Shown one piece after another: positions 50,262 to 60,141 of a DNA stretch of 64,000 nt (position 1 is the stretch's first letter; each line of letters starts with the position of its first letter). The stretch covers positions 279,178 to 343,177 of the forward strand of contig JAEYGZ010000027.1 in the NCBI GenBank assembly GCA_023409535.1, written 5' to 3'. Both the position numbers and the translations under genes were made by a program. The DNA comes from Bacillota bacterium. Lineage in GTDB: Bacteria; Bacillota; Clostridia; Lachnospirales; Lachnospiraceae. Under the pieces are notes generated by a model. The model was not told where the DNA came from and searched no databases. It saw nothing but the letters and a program-made list of their open reading frames with translations.

Positions 50262-50903
50262 CTAATCATTGCTTTCGTTTAAATAATTATAAATACTGTA
50301 TCTGGATAAGCCCAAAAAGTCCGCAAGTTTTTCTGCCGCTTTTTTAATTAGGAAGAAGCCCTTATCTTCCAGGTTGTGAACAATCGCCACCTTCTCTTCC
50401 TTCGTTAAATTCCCCACGGTTTTCCCTGTTGCATTGACAGCCTCTTTCATCATAATCTCCAATAACTCATCGACATTGCCGACAAACAGCTCAGGGCTCT
50501 TGGCAGAGGAAGGGCTGTCGGAACAGGTAAAGGATCGTAAGGTATTTTCATATCGGATGATATCCGTAATATCGAAATTGATGCACAGACTTCCGTTTAC
50601 TTTTCCGTATTCATCACGGAAGTACTTGCTGGAGGAGCGTAAAACCCGTCCGCTTGGCGTAGAGTTGATATAGCTGTATTGATCATCCGGCGATGCGGAG
50701 CCCTTTAAGATCTCCAGACCGGCATTGGTGCCGCCGTCACCGATTTTTCTTCCGGTTACATGTCCGTTCCAGATTGCAACGATGGTCTGATCATAAGGCA
50801 GCGTAAGATCATGTAAAACCACTTCACAGTTATCACCGAATTGCAGGGCAATACACTTGGCAATATCAGACAGCAGGTTTAAATTATCGGAAACATATCC
50901 CAT
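50262..50903 (-). CDS. YheO-like PAS/HTH transcriptional regulator
   Basis: FGDNCEVVLHDL, NGHVTGRKIG, LRSSS, LCINFD, L.DKGFFLIK.A...LGLSRYSIYNYL. Confidence 0.92.
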   Translation of the reverse strand: MGYVSDNLNLLSDIAKCIALQFGDNCEVVLHDLTLPYDQTIVAIWNGHVTGRKIGDGGTNAGLEILKGSASPDDQYSYINSTPSGRVLRSSSKYFRDEYGKVNGSLCINFDITDIIRYENTLRSFTCSDSPSSAKSPELFVGNVDELLEIMMKEAVNATGKTVGNLTKEEKVAIVHNLEDKGFFLIKKAAEKLADFLGLSRYSIYNYLNESND

Positions 50904-50917
50904 GTTATAGTTCGTCC

Positions 50918-51127
50918 TTTCAACAAAATGTATAAATAGATTATAAAAGAAATTAGAAATAATGTCCAGTAATAAATTTTTGTTGAAATTGGAAAATAAA
51001 AACTATAAGAAACAAACAAAAATACAATAAAAATAATGTTTTTATTGTTGACAAACTATAAAAAAGAGAGTATATATTGAGTATGACATAAACAAACTGT
51101 TGAAATTTGTGAAACAAATTGTTTAAA
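50918..51127. promoter_or_regulatory. Divergent promoter region with four related AACA-N3-TGTT boxes
   Basis: TTTCAACAAAATGTATA (50918), TAAATTTTTGTTGAAA (50973), TAAACAAACTGTTGAAA (51089), GAAACAAATTGTTTAAA (51111); TTGACA at 51048. Confidence 0.6.
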
Positions 51128-51151
51128 ATAATATTTATAAGGAGGAAATTT

Positions 51152-52498
51152 ATGAAAAGAGCAAGAAAAGTACTTGGTATTATCATGGCTGCAGGTATGG
51201 CTGTATTGACACTCACGGGCTGCGGCAGCTCGCCGGCACAGTCTGCGCCTGAACCAACCAAAGCAGCCGGCGGGGACTCATCAGCGGCAACCTCGGCTCC
51301 GGCAGAAACCAAAGAGGCACAGGCAATCACCTTCTGGTATAATAATACGGGTGATGAAGCGGTTATTTATGAGAAGGCAATCAGTGAATACAATGCTTCC
51401 CAGAGCAGCTACAAGGTAGAGGGACTAAGCGTAACAGATGCTCAGAAGCTGATCGTAGCCATGAGCAGCAATGAATCTCCTGATGTTATCAAAATAAGCA
51501 ATCAGACAGTTACGCAGTATCAGAAGAACGGCTTGCTGGAAAGCCTTCAGCCTTTTGCGGACAAGGAGTCCTTTGATGCCTCCATCTACTCCGAACAGGC
51601 GATGAATGCAAACAGCGTTGACGGAGAAATTTATGCACTTCCATTGGATGCATACACGATTCAGCTATTTTATAATAAGGATCTCCTGGAGGCAGCCGGT
51701 TACACTGAGCCGCCCAAAACCATGGAAGAGATGTATGAGATGGCGGTAGCAGCGACAAAGACCGCTGCGGACGGAACGATTGAAGTATTGGGATATCCGT
51801 TATTTCCGTATGCTTCCGCCAGACAGGAGCTGATCTATGGCTTCGGCGGAAGCTGGTGGAGTGAGGATTCAAAGGTTACTCCTGATAATTCCGGTATTTT
51901 AGACAGTCTTAACAGGAATGTGGCATATAGAAACCAGTTCGGCGGAAAGGCTTTGGATGGCTTTATCGGAACGGCAAATACAAACCGTTATACCGAGCAG
52001 GATATGTTCTTCCAGGGGAAACAGCTGTTCCGTCTGGATGGTTCCTGGCTTCCGACGATGATGAAAAACTTTAATTCAACGGTTAATTATGGTATCACCC
52101 TGGTTCCGGGAACAGAGGCTCAGCCGGAGCTGAGAGGAACCAGCCGCTTTGAAACCGACTCTGTGGCAGTGCCGGCAATGTCTGAGAATAAAGAAGGAGC
52201 CTGGGATTTTACCAAATGGCTCTGCAGCCAGGAAGGAGCTAAGATTATTGACCTTGGAACGGGAAATCTTCCGGCGGTGAAAGCGTTGTATGATGATGCT
52301 GATATTATTGCGGTTCCCGGTTTTACAGAATTTATTGATGCATTGAAGCTGGAAAAGGGAATACAATATCCGGTAATGGAAGATTTTGACGAATACATAT
52401 CTATGATCAATGCGGCACTGGATGCGGTTTACGCAGGCACAGCTACTCCTGAAGATGCAATGAAGGATCTTGCAAAGCACAGTACAAATCTAAAATAA
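51152..52498 (+). CDS. Carbohydrate (CUT1) ABC transporter solute-binding lipoprotein
   Basis: AAGGAGG RBS; lipobox LTGC; YALP, LFYNKDLL..AG...PPKT.EE. Confidence 0.92.
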   Translation: MKRARKVLGIIMAAGMAVLTLTGCGSSPAQSAPEPTKAAGGDSSAATSAPAETKEAQAITFWYNNTGDEAVIYEKAISEYNASQSSYKVEGLSVTDAQKLIVAMSSNESPDVIKISNQTVTQYQKNGLLESLQPFADKESFDASIYSEQAMNANSVDGEIYALPLDAYTIQLFYNKDLLEAAGYTEPPKTMEEMYEMAVAATKTAADGTIEVLGYPLFPYASARQELIYGFGGSWWSEDSKVTPDNSGILDSLNRNVAYRNQFGGKALDGFIGTANTNRYTEQDMFFQGKQLFRLDGSWLPTMMKNFNSTVNYGITLVPGTEAQPELRGTSRFETDSVAVPAMSENKEGAWDFTKWLCSQEGAKIIDLGTGNLPAVKALYDDADIIAVPGFTEFIDALKLEKGIQYPVMEDFDEYISMINAALDAVYAGTATPEDAMKDLAKHSTNLK

Positions 52499-52509
52499 CA
52501 ATTTATTAC

Positions 52510-52549
52510 CGGGGCGCTGTAGGCAGATAGCTGCATACTGCAGTGCCCC
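52510..52549 (+). other. Intercistronic stem-loop after the SBP gene
   Basis: GGGGCGCTGTAG...CTGCAGTGCCCC without U tract. Confidence 0.6.
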
Positions 52550-52577
52550 AATCTTAATGCTTGAGAGGAGTAAAAGA

Positions 52578-53501
52578 ATGAAGAGACGAAATGCGACACA
52601 GCGGGATTTTATTAATGGACTGCTGTTTTCTTCTCCATGGATTTTGGGCTTTTTGGCTTTTAGTGTATATCCGTTGGTGGCTTCCTTGTATTACAGTTTT
52701 ACAAAGTTCAATGCAGTAACAACTCCCCGATGGATCGGTCTTGATAATTTTAAAGACATCTTCGCTGATCCTCTGGTGTGGAAAAGCTTGGGGAATACAC
52801 TATTTATGGCTTTTATATCCACTCCGATCAATCTGTGTGTAGCATTGCTTCTGGCAAGTATCGTATGCATCAGTTTTAAAGGACGCGGCTTTGTAAGGAC
52901 AGCATTTTTCCTGCCCTCCATAATACCGATGGTTGCGGCTACCATGGTCTGGATCTGGATGTTTGACCCTACCTACGGTTATATCAATAATGTATTAAGC
53001 TGGTTTGGCATCAGCGGGCCTTCGTGGCTTATGGATGCCAATTTTACGAAGTGGGCCCTGGTGATCATGGGAACCTGGAATACCGGGACAATGATGCTGG
53101 TGTGTATGTCCGCGTTGCAGTCCGTACCCAGAAGCTATTATGAATCTGCCGAAATTGATGGCGCAGGAAAAATATCAAGATTTTTTAATATCACAATACC
53201 CTGCATTGCCCATGTACTGGTGTACCAGGCCATATTGAACATCATCAACGCATTCCAGTATTTCCAGCAGGTGTATATTATCGTTACTGCAAATGCAGGA
53301 GTAAAGGGCGGAAGCGCGGCGGGAGGTCCTGAAAATTCCATTCTTATGTATCCGCTGTATGTGTTTCATAATGCGTTTACCTACTTAAAGATGGGGAAGG
53401 CTTCGGCAATGGCATGGTTATTATTTATCATTGTTGCCCTTCTCACGGTGGTTCTGACGAAGGTAACGAGAAAAGTAACAGAAAATGCCGGAGGTGAATA
53501 A
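52578..53501 (+). CDS. Sugar ABC permease (MalF-type)
   Basis: WIGLDNF, FFLPS, EAA-loop YESAEIDGA, MGKASAMAW. Confidence 0.93.
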   Translation: MKRRNATQRDFINGLLFSSPWILGFLAFSVYPLVASLYYSFTKFNAVTTPRWIGLDNFKDIFADPLVWKSLGNTLFMAFISTPINLCVALLLASIVCISFKGRGFVRTAFFLPSIIPMVAATMVWIWMFDPTYGYINNVLSWFGISGPSWLMDANFTKWALVIMGTWNTGTMMLVCMSALQSVPRSYYESAEIDGAGKISRFFNITIPCIAHVLVYQAILNIINAFQYFQQVYIIVTANAGVKGGSAAGGPENSILMYPLYVFHNAFTYLKMGKASAMAWLLFIIVALLTVVLTKVTRKVTENAGGE

Positions 53502-53503
53502 GA

Positions 53504-54328
53504 ATGAAAAAATATACAAGCAAAGTTTTATTTTTTGCTCTGGTTGCCGTACTGGCTTTGATTTTTATATCACCTTTTATGGTAATGTTTCTTACTTCGT
53601 TCAAAACGAACAGTGATGCATTTACCATTCCGGTTAAGCTGCTTCCCCGGAAATGGGTAACGGAAAACTTTCCGGCAGCATTTGCGGCAATTCCGTATTT
53701 TAAATATATGGGAAACACGGTGTTTATAACGATATGCTCCCTGGCGGGACAGCTTTTGGTTACCCCTATGATTGCATATTCTCTGGTAAAAATCAAATGG
53801 AAGGGTGCAGATATTATCTCCGGACTGGTTATGGCCACCATGATGATTCCTATCACGGTCACTATAGTGCCTATGTATAAAATATACGCGACGTTAGGAC
53901 TTACCAATAGTTATGTTCCTCTTATCCTGCCTACGTTTTTTGGAAAGGCATATTATATTGTAATTTTCCGGCAGTTTTTTGCGGGAGTTCCGAATAGTCT
54001 TATAGAGGCTGGAAAAATAGACGGAGCTACGGAATTCCAGCGTTTTTCCAGAATTGCACTGCCGCTTTGTAAACCGGTTCTGACCACCATCGGAATCTAC
54101 GCATTTCTGGATGCGTGGAGCGACTATTTATACCCGTTGATTTTTATAACAAAACCGGACCGGTATACGCTTTCCCTGGGATTGCAGCAGTATATGAGTG
54201 AGTATTCCGTGGACTGGGCAAGGCTGATGGCGGCAGCGGTAGTATTTGTGCTTCCGGTAATTGTCTGCTTTGCAATTTTCCAGAAGAACTTTGTAGAAGG
54301 AATTGCAACCAGTGGCCTTAAGGCATAA
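53504..54328 (+). CDS. Sugar ABC permease (MalG-type)
   Basis: LIEAGKIDGA.EF, W.DYL.PL, FQKNFVEGI. Confidence 0.93.
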   Translation: MKKYTSKVLFFALVAVLALIFISPFMVMFLTSFKTNSDAFTIPVKLLPRKWVTENFPAAFAAIPYFKYMGNTVFITICSLAGQLLVTPMIAYSLVKIKWKGADIISGLVMATMMIPITVTIVPMYKIYATLGLTNSYVPLILPTFFGKAYYIVIFRQFFAGVPNSLIEAGKIDGATEFQRFSRIALPLCKPVLTTIGIYAFLDAWSDYLYPLIFITKPDRYTLSLGLQQYMSEYSVDWARLMAAAVVFVLPVIVCFAIFQKNFVEGIATSGLKA

Positions 54329-54348
54329 TAAGAAAGGAGGAGAAACGG

Positions 54349-55470
54349 ATGAAGCTTACACAAGATCAGCTCAGACAGCTGGAGACGCCCTGTCTGGTGA
54401 TTGATGCAGAACAGGTGCAAAAGAATATAAGGAAGATGCAGGAGGCGGCTGATCAAGCCGGCTGCAGACTGCGTCCCCATATTAAAACACATAAAATGCC
54501 CTTATTTGCCGAGATGCAAATGGGAGCCGGCGCAAGCGGAATTACCTGTGCCAAGGTAAGTGAAGCGGAGGTAATGGCCGAAGGCGGTATGCAGGATATC
54601 TTCATCGCCTACCCCATGATCGGAGCCTTCCGTATCCTGCGGGCGATTACACTGGCGAAAAAAATAAGACGGCTCATTTTGGCTGTTGACAGTCTGGAGG
54701 GCGCAGAAGCATTAAACCAGGCAGCTTCCGAGCATAATGTGATTTTGGAGGTCCGTATGGAGATTGATACGGGAGCCGGGCGCACGGGAGTACCCATGGA
54801 CCTGGCGGCAGAACTGGCTCTGGCCCTTCAACGGATGACACATTTAAACCTGACAGGTATTTATACCTTTAAGAGCCTGATTTTATCCGGGAAGCCTACG
54901 GAGGATAATCTGCTGGCGGCACAGGAAGAAGGGGACATGATGGCTGAAGTTGCCGGAAGGCTGCGGGAAGCGGGAGTTCAGGTACAGGACATCAGTGCCG
55001 GTTCTACTCCCACGGGTGTGCTGGCAGCACAAACAGGTCTGGTAAATGAAATTCGTCCGGGTACCTATATTTTTAATGATTTTATGCTGACAAAGGAGAA
55101 GGTGGCTGATCTTAGTGAGATTGCCGTCCGGTTCTACGCAACCGTAGTCAGCTGCCAACACCGGGAATATGCGGTGATCGACGGAGGAACAAAGTGCTTT
55201 CCTACCGATGCGGCTCCGGGCCAGCCGCCATTTTACTATCCCGGATATGCGGTGGTTGAGGGGGATGACAATCTTAGGCTGTCCCGGATGAATGAAGAGC
55301 ATGGAATCCTCACGGCCTTAGACGGGAATACCGGACTGCGGGCGGGTCAGGTACTGTCCTTCCTCCCTATTCATGTGTGTACGGCAATTAATATGCAGAA
55401 TAATGTTTATATCCTGGAAGAAGAAACACTCAGAAAACAAAAAGTAGATGCCAGAGGTATGCTGATATGA
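54349..55470 (+). CDS. Fold-type III PLP enzyme, D-threonine aldolase/D-serine dehydratase (DSD1-like) family
   Basis: TPCLVID, LRPHIKTHK (PLP lysine), EIDTG..RTG, SAGSTP, EIRPGTYIF.D, EEHG, PIHVC. Confidence 0.9.
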   Translation: MKLTQDQLRQLETPCLVIDAEQVQKNIRKMQEAADQAGCRLRPHIKTHKMPLFAEMQMGAGASGITCAKVSEAEVMAEGGMQDIFIAYPMIGAFRILRAITLAKKIRRLILAVDSLEGAEALNQAASEHNVILEVRMEIDTGAGRTGVPMDLAAELALALQRMTHLNLTGIYTFKSLILSGKPTEDNLLAAQEEGDMMAEVAGRLREAGVQVQDISAGSTPTGVLAAQTGLVNEIRPGTYIFNDFMLTKEKVADLSEIAVRFYATVVSCQHREYAVIDGGTKCFPTDAAPGQPPFYYPGYAVVEGDDNLRLSRMNEEHGILTALDGNTGLRAGQVLSFLPIHVCTAINMQNNVYILEEETLRKQKVDARGMLI

Positions 55471-57071
55471 TGGATACATTAATCAAAAAAGGGCTGATCT
55501 ACGACGGAAGCGGTAACCCGCCGTATCAGGGGGATATTCTTATTCGGGGGGAAGAGATCATTGAACTTGCACCGGATATTGGAAAAGAGGATGTGCGGAT
55601 CATTGACGCTGCAGGGAAGGCGGTGACGCCGGGGTTTATTGATATCCACCGTCATTGCGATATTGCGCCCCTGACCAATCCCCAGTTCGGAGAAATAGAG
55701 CTGGCACAGGGAATAACAACTGCCTTTGCGGGAAACTGCGGTCTTGCACCTGTGCCCTCGGTACCCTTATGGCGTAACGAATTGTATGGTTATTTGGAGC
55801 CGGTAATCGGAAAGGTGCCGGACAAGCTGGTTTTTGAAACCTATGAGGATTACCGGATAGCACTGGAAGCAGCCAAGCTTCCCCTCAATCTGGGATTCTT
55901 TGCAGCCTCGGACAGCATTAAGATTGCGCTGAAGGGATTTGGAAGCCAGGAGTATACACAGGAGGAGCTGCGAAGGGCCCGGGAGTATGTAAGGAGTGCC
56001 GGGGAGCAGGGAGCTTACGGCATTACGCTGGGAATTATGTATCAGCCGGAATGCTATTCAAAGAAAGAGGAGCTTACCCAGGTGGTAAAAGCCGCCGCTG
56101 ATTGGGGAGGACTGCTTTGCACCCATATGAGGGGAGAAGGTGACAGTCTGGTGGAATCGGTTAAAGAAGTCATCGAGGTGGCGGCCAGGGCGGGTGTTTC
56201 CCTAAACATCAGTCATTTAAAATCCACGGGAATAAAGAACTGGAATCGTAAGATATTCGAGGCGATCCGTGTCATTGAAGAGGCAAGAGCATCCGGTCAG
56301 GAGGTTACGGCGGATTTTTATCCTTATGACGGCGGGTCCACGACCTTGCAGTCCCTGCTTCCGCCCACCATGATGGAGGCTTCCCTGGCGGGCTTGATTA
56401 AAAATTTATCAGGCTCAGAGGGGAAGAAGCGGTTGAGGGCAGAGCTGAACAAGGCTCATGAGGGCTGGGATAATATGTCCGAAAGCATTGGCTGGGACAG
56501 GATTATTATCAGTTCGGTCACTCTGGAGAAGCATGCTTTCATGCAAGGCCAGACAATCCGCGTCCTGGCAGAGAAGCTGGGATATGAAGAACCCTCCGAT
56601 CTTGTTGCCGATTTGCTGGTGGAAGAAAGCGGAAAGGTAGGGATCATCGTACTAAGTATGTCCCGGGAGGATGTGGATACGGTAGCCAGACTTCCCTATA
56701 CCCTGCTGATTTCAGACGCTCTGTACGGCGGTGATAGCAGGAATGCCCATCCCCGTCTGCTTGGTACCACAGCCAGATTCTTAAGTGATTTTGTACTGAA
56801 GCGCGGCGTCCTTTCCATGGAACAGGCCATCAGTAAGATGACCGGTATGCCGGCAAAACGGGTGGGTTTACAGGACAGAGGGCTTTTGAAAGCAGGATAT
56901 CAGGCGGATATATTGGTATTTGAACCGGAGAGCTTCAGGGACCATGCGGATTATACCGGAAAGCATGGGTTGTGTACAGGTATGGAGCTGGTGTTGATAG
57001 GAGGAAAACAGGTTCTGTCAAAAGGCATCCTTACGGATCGTTCCAGAGGGAAGCTGTTGAAAAGAGTTTAA
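55467..57071 (+). CDS. N-acyl-D-amino-acid deacylase family amidohydrolase
   Basis: PGFIDIHRHCD, GNCG, THMRGEG, ISHLK, YPY, ISD, HPR..G, DRGLL..GY.ADI. Confidence 0.9.
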   Translation: MMDTLIKKGLIYDGSGNPPYQGDILIRGEEIIELAPDIGKEDVRIIDAAGKAVTPGFIDIHRHCDIAPLTNPQFGEIELAQGITTAFAGNCGLAPVPSVPLWRNELYGYLEPVIGKVPDKLVFETYEDYRIALEAAKLPLNLGFFAASDSIKIALKGFGSQEYTQEELRRAREYVRSAGEQGAYGITLGIMYQPECYSKKEELTQVVKAAADWGGLLCTHMRGEGDSLVESVKEVIEVAARAGVSLNISHLKSTGIKNWNRKIFEAIRVIEEARASGQEVTADFYPYDGGSTTLQSLLPPTMMEASLAGLIKNLSGSEGKKRLRAELNKAHEGWDNMSESIGWDRIIISSVTLEKHAFMQGQTIRVLAEKLGYEEPSDLVADLLVEESGKVGIIVLSMSREDVDTVARLPYTLLISDALYGGDSRNAHPRLLGTTARFLSDFVLKRGVLSMEQAISKMTGMPAKRVGLQDRGLLKAGYQADILVFEPESFRDHADYTGKHGLCTGMELVLIGGKQVLSKGILTDRSRGKLLKRV

Positions 57072-57097
57072 ATAAATGATGAGAAAGAAGGACAACT

Positions 57098-57559
57098 ATG
57101 AATGTTTATGAAAAATTAAAGGAACTTAATCTGGAGCTTCCGGCAGCTCCGCCAAGAGGCGGAGTGTATTCCCCGTGCCAGGAATTTGGAAAGGGACTGG
57201 TATATATATCCGGCTGCGGACCGTTGACCGGAGGAAACGAGATTTTCGGAAGACTGGGTGATACCTATACAACGGAAGAGGGGAAAGCTTTTGCAAAAAA
57301 TGCCATGCTCAATGTTCTGGCAATCTTACAGGATAAGGTCGGGGATTTGAACAAGGTAAAGCGCGCGGTTAAAATTCTTACCTTTGTGGCAAGTTCAGAT
57401 ACCTTTTATGAGCAGCCCGCAGTTGCCAACGGCGGAAGTGAATTATTGGCACAACTGTTCGGAGAGGAGAAGGTACCGGCCCGTTCAGCCATAGGAGTTA
57501 ATGTATTGCCCGGAAATATTCCGGTTGAGACGGAAGCAATATTTGAAATAGAAGAATAG
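57098..57559 (+). CDS. Rid/YjgF-family imine deaminase
   Basis: YISG.GP, VANGGSELL..LFG, PARSAIGV..LP..IPVE.EA. Confidence 0.9.
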   Translation: MNVYEKLKELNLELPAAPPRGGVYSPCQEFGKGLVYISGCGPLTGGNEIFGRLGDTYTTEEGKAFAKNAMLNVLAILQDKVGDLNKVKRAVKILTFVASSDTFYEQPAVANGGSELLAQLFGEEKVPARSAIGVNVLPGNIPVETEAIFEIEE

Positions 57560-57678
57560 TTGGAGAAGGGAAATATGAATTATTAAAAAGCATAATTCAC
57601 AGAGCGGATGGTAATTCATTTGCTTTGCAAATAGTGCTGATGCGAAAGTTCACGAGCATTGGCAGTGTGGAGGTTTAA

Positions 57679-60048
57679 ATGGATCATCAATTAAAGCATA
57701 ATTTAATAGAATCATTGTACATACATTACCCCCTGAAACCGGAGTATGATAAAAGTATGGAAACCCACTATTTAAAGAAACCGGTTTTGGCTTCTGTGAG
57801 CTTGTGGGATGGAAGCGGTCTGGAGCCCTGGAGCTTTGAAGGAGAGGGAGAGGCTCAGGCAGAAGAAGGAAAACTATGTTTGAAGACAAGGACCCGTGCA
57901 GAACACTGGCCGGAAAATGAAGTCCGGGCAAATGATGCGGCGGCCGGATTGTATGCGACCTTTGGAAGCTATATTGCAAGGCTGAAGGTAAAGGACCTTA
58001 AGCTTGGAAAAGGGAACCGGATATGGTTTAAAATCCGTCCCCTATGCCCCGGCCTTCATAGTCCCATCGTTCGTGTGGGATTTGTAAACAATGGCGGGAT
58101 CAAGATACCGGATGTTTATTCCAGAGAGGGCTTCCATGCCATTAACCTGAAGAATAATGAATGGAATACCTGCACCTGGGAGATAGATTCCATTGCTCAT
58201 GATGCAATCGAGGAAATTTCCTTTAACCTTCACCGTTACGGCAAGGAAGTAAGTACGGGCGATGACCTGCGGTTTGAACTTTGTGATATTCAGCTTCAGG
58301 AGGTGAAACCGGAGGTGGTGCATGGCTGGCAGTGCAGGGAGGAGGAAGTGGTGTTTTCCACAACCGGCTACTTTACGGACGGGAGAAAAACTGCAATCGC
58401 AAATACCTCGGCCGAAGTGTTTGAGATTTTGAAAGAAGCAGGTTCTTTCAATGAAGTTGTATACCGCGGGCAGATTGAAAGGGTTGAAAACTATCTGGGA
58501 AGCTTTGGAGTCCTGGATTTTTCAGCCTTAAAAATAGAAGGTATCTATCGAATTCGCTTCGGAACTACGGTAAGTGAACGGTTTACCATAGGAAATGACC
58601 TATTAGAAAGCACGCTGTGGAAGCTGACCAATTTTCTGTATTGTGAGAGGTGCGGTTATCCGGTTCCCAATTGTCATGGAACCTGCCATCAGGATGTGAT
58701 TGCAGAGCACAAGGGTGTGAAGCTGGTGTATGCGGGAGGCTGGCATGATGCGGCGGATGTCTCCCAGCAGACGATGCAGACGGCGGAGATTCTGGATGCA
58801 ATGATTGCTGCTGCTGATCAGGTGAAGGCTTCCGATCCCATGCTTTATGGAAGAATGATGGAGGAAGCCAACTGGGGGCTGGATTTTGTTCTCAGAATGC
58901 GCTTTGGCGACGGTTACCGGGCGGCCCATGCAGCCATCCGCAGATGGACGGATAATCTCGTCGGCAATATGGATGACTGTAAGGCAAACGTTCACAACCG
59001 TTCCTTCGAGAACTTCGTCTTTGCTGCCGTAGAAGCAGGTGCAGGGAAAGCCTTCGAAGAGCTGGACAAAGAGCTGGCCTGGAAGTGTATGGATGCCGCA
59101 AAGGAAGACTTTCGGTTCGCAGATGAGCGGTTTCGCGAAGTGGGAGTGGAAAAACCGCAGTACTTGCAGGAGCACACAGCAGGCTCCAGCCTTTCCCAGT
59201 ACTATGCGGCAGCGGCATGGGCAGCGGCCCGAATTTACAAAATCACGAAGGACAGCTATTATTCTGACCGTGCTGCCGAATATGCGGATAAGGTGGTTTC
59301 CTGCCAGGGGCAGGACGATGGGCTGCCTATGAAGGGTTATTTTTATAGAGACGAAAGCAAAAAGCATATCGTACATTTTTCCCATCAGGCCAGAGACCAG
59401 ATATTCGTCATGGCTTTGGCAGAGGCCTGCAGCGCTCTTCCGGACCATGAGAACAGGATCATATGGGAGGAAGGCTTACGATTACATGGAGAATATTTAA
59501 AGGGGCTTAGGAAATATACTGCTCCATACGGCATGCTGCCGGCCGGAATTCATCATATCAGTGAAGCGGAGGATCAGGAAACCTTCCATGTGGTGCATCC
59601 GAAGGTGGATTATGAAAGAGAACGTGTGAATTATATAGAACAGCTGAAGAACGGGATCGACCTGGGAGAGGGATATTATATCAAGGTGTTTCCCGTATGG
59701 TTCTCCTACCGTGGGAATTCTGCGATCCAGTTGTCCATGGGAAAAGCAGCCTCCATTGTAGGAAGCTATTTTAAAGATCAGGAATTGATTGAAATCGCAC
59801 GGGAGCAGCTTTATTGGACCCTGGGAAAGAATCCCTTCGGGCAGTCTCTGATTTACGGGGAAGGGAATCGTTACGGACAAGAGTATACGGCTCTGCTGGG
59901 TGAGACGGTAGGAGAGATGCCTGTAGGTGTCCAAACCAGAAGAAATGAAGATCTTCCCTACTGGCCCCCTGCCAATATTGCTACCTACAGAGAGGTGTGG
60001 ACTACACCGCCAGGACGCTTTCTGTGGGTAGCCGCGGATTTAATTTAA
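57679..60048 (+). CDS. Cytoplasmic glycoside hydrolase family 9
   Basis: ERCG, GGWHDAAD, LYWTLGKNPF..SLIYGEG, TYREVW; no signal peptide. Confidence 0.82.
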   Translation: MDHQLKHNLIESLYIHYPLKPEYDKSMETHYLKKPVLASVSLWDGSGLEPWSFEGEGEAQAEEGKLCLKTRTRAEHWPENEVRANDAAAGLYATFGSYIARLKVKDLKLGKGNRIWFKIRPLCPGLHSPIVRVGFVNNGGIKIPDVYSREGFHAINLKNNEWNTCTWEIDSIAHDAIEEISFNLHRYGKEVSTGDDLRFELCDIQLQEVKPEVVHGWQCREEEVVFSTTGYFTDGRKTAIANTSAEVFEILKEAGSFNEVVYRGQIERVENYLGSFGVLDFSALKIEGIYRIRFGTTVSERFTIGNDLLESTLWKLTNFLYCERCGYPVPNCHGTCHQDVIAEHKGVKLVYAGGWHDAADVSQQTMQTAEILDAMIAAADQVKASDPMLYGRMMEEANWGLDFVLRMRFGDGYRAAHAAIRRWTDNLVGNMDDCKANVHNRSFENFVFAAVEAGAGKAFEELDKELAWKCMDAAKEDFRFADERFREVGVEKPQYLQEHTAGSSLSQYYAAAAWAAARIYKITKDSYYSDRAAEYADKVVSCQGQDDGLPMKGYFYRDESKKHIVHFSHQARDQIFVMALAEACSALPDHENRIIWEEGLRLHGEYLKGLRKYTAPYGMLPAGIHHISEAEDQETFHVVHPKVDYERERVNYIEQLKNGIDLGEGYYIKVFPVWFSYRGNSAIQLSMGKAASIVGSYFKDQELIEIAREQLYWTLGKNPFGQSLIYGEGNRYGQEYTALLGETVGEMPVGVQTRRNEDLPYWPPANIATYREVWTTPPGRFLWVAADLI

Positions 60049-60057
60049 AGGGAAAGA

Positions 60058-60132
60058 GGATTTTTATTAGGAGAATTTTATTAGGAAGATTTCTATTAGT
60101 AGGACTTCTATTAGTAGGATTTATACCAGGAG
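60058..60132 (+). repeat. About 5 copies of a 15-bp tandem repeat in the GH9-SIS spacer
   Basis: GA(T/C)TT(C/T)TATTAG(T/G)AG-like units; the last copy carries the AGGAG RBS of the next gene. Confidence 0.85.
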
Positions 60133-60141
60133 GGTTTGGGA

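Noticed and set aside
48388..50262. Reconstructed intron target as an integron attC site (GTCTAAT...ATTAGAC)
   Set aside because: Only ~30 bp, core boxes deviate from RYYYAAC/GTTRRRY, and there is no integrase or cassette array.
60058..60132. Tandem repeats as a CRISPR array
   Set aside because: Units are 15 bp, contiguous and degenerate, with no spacers and no cas genes.
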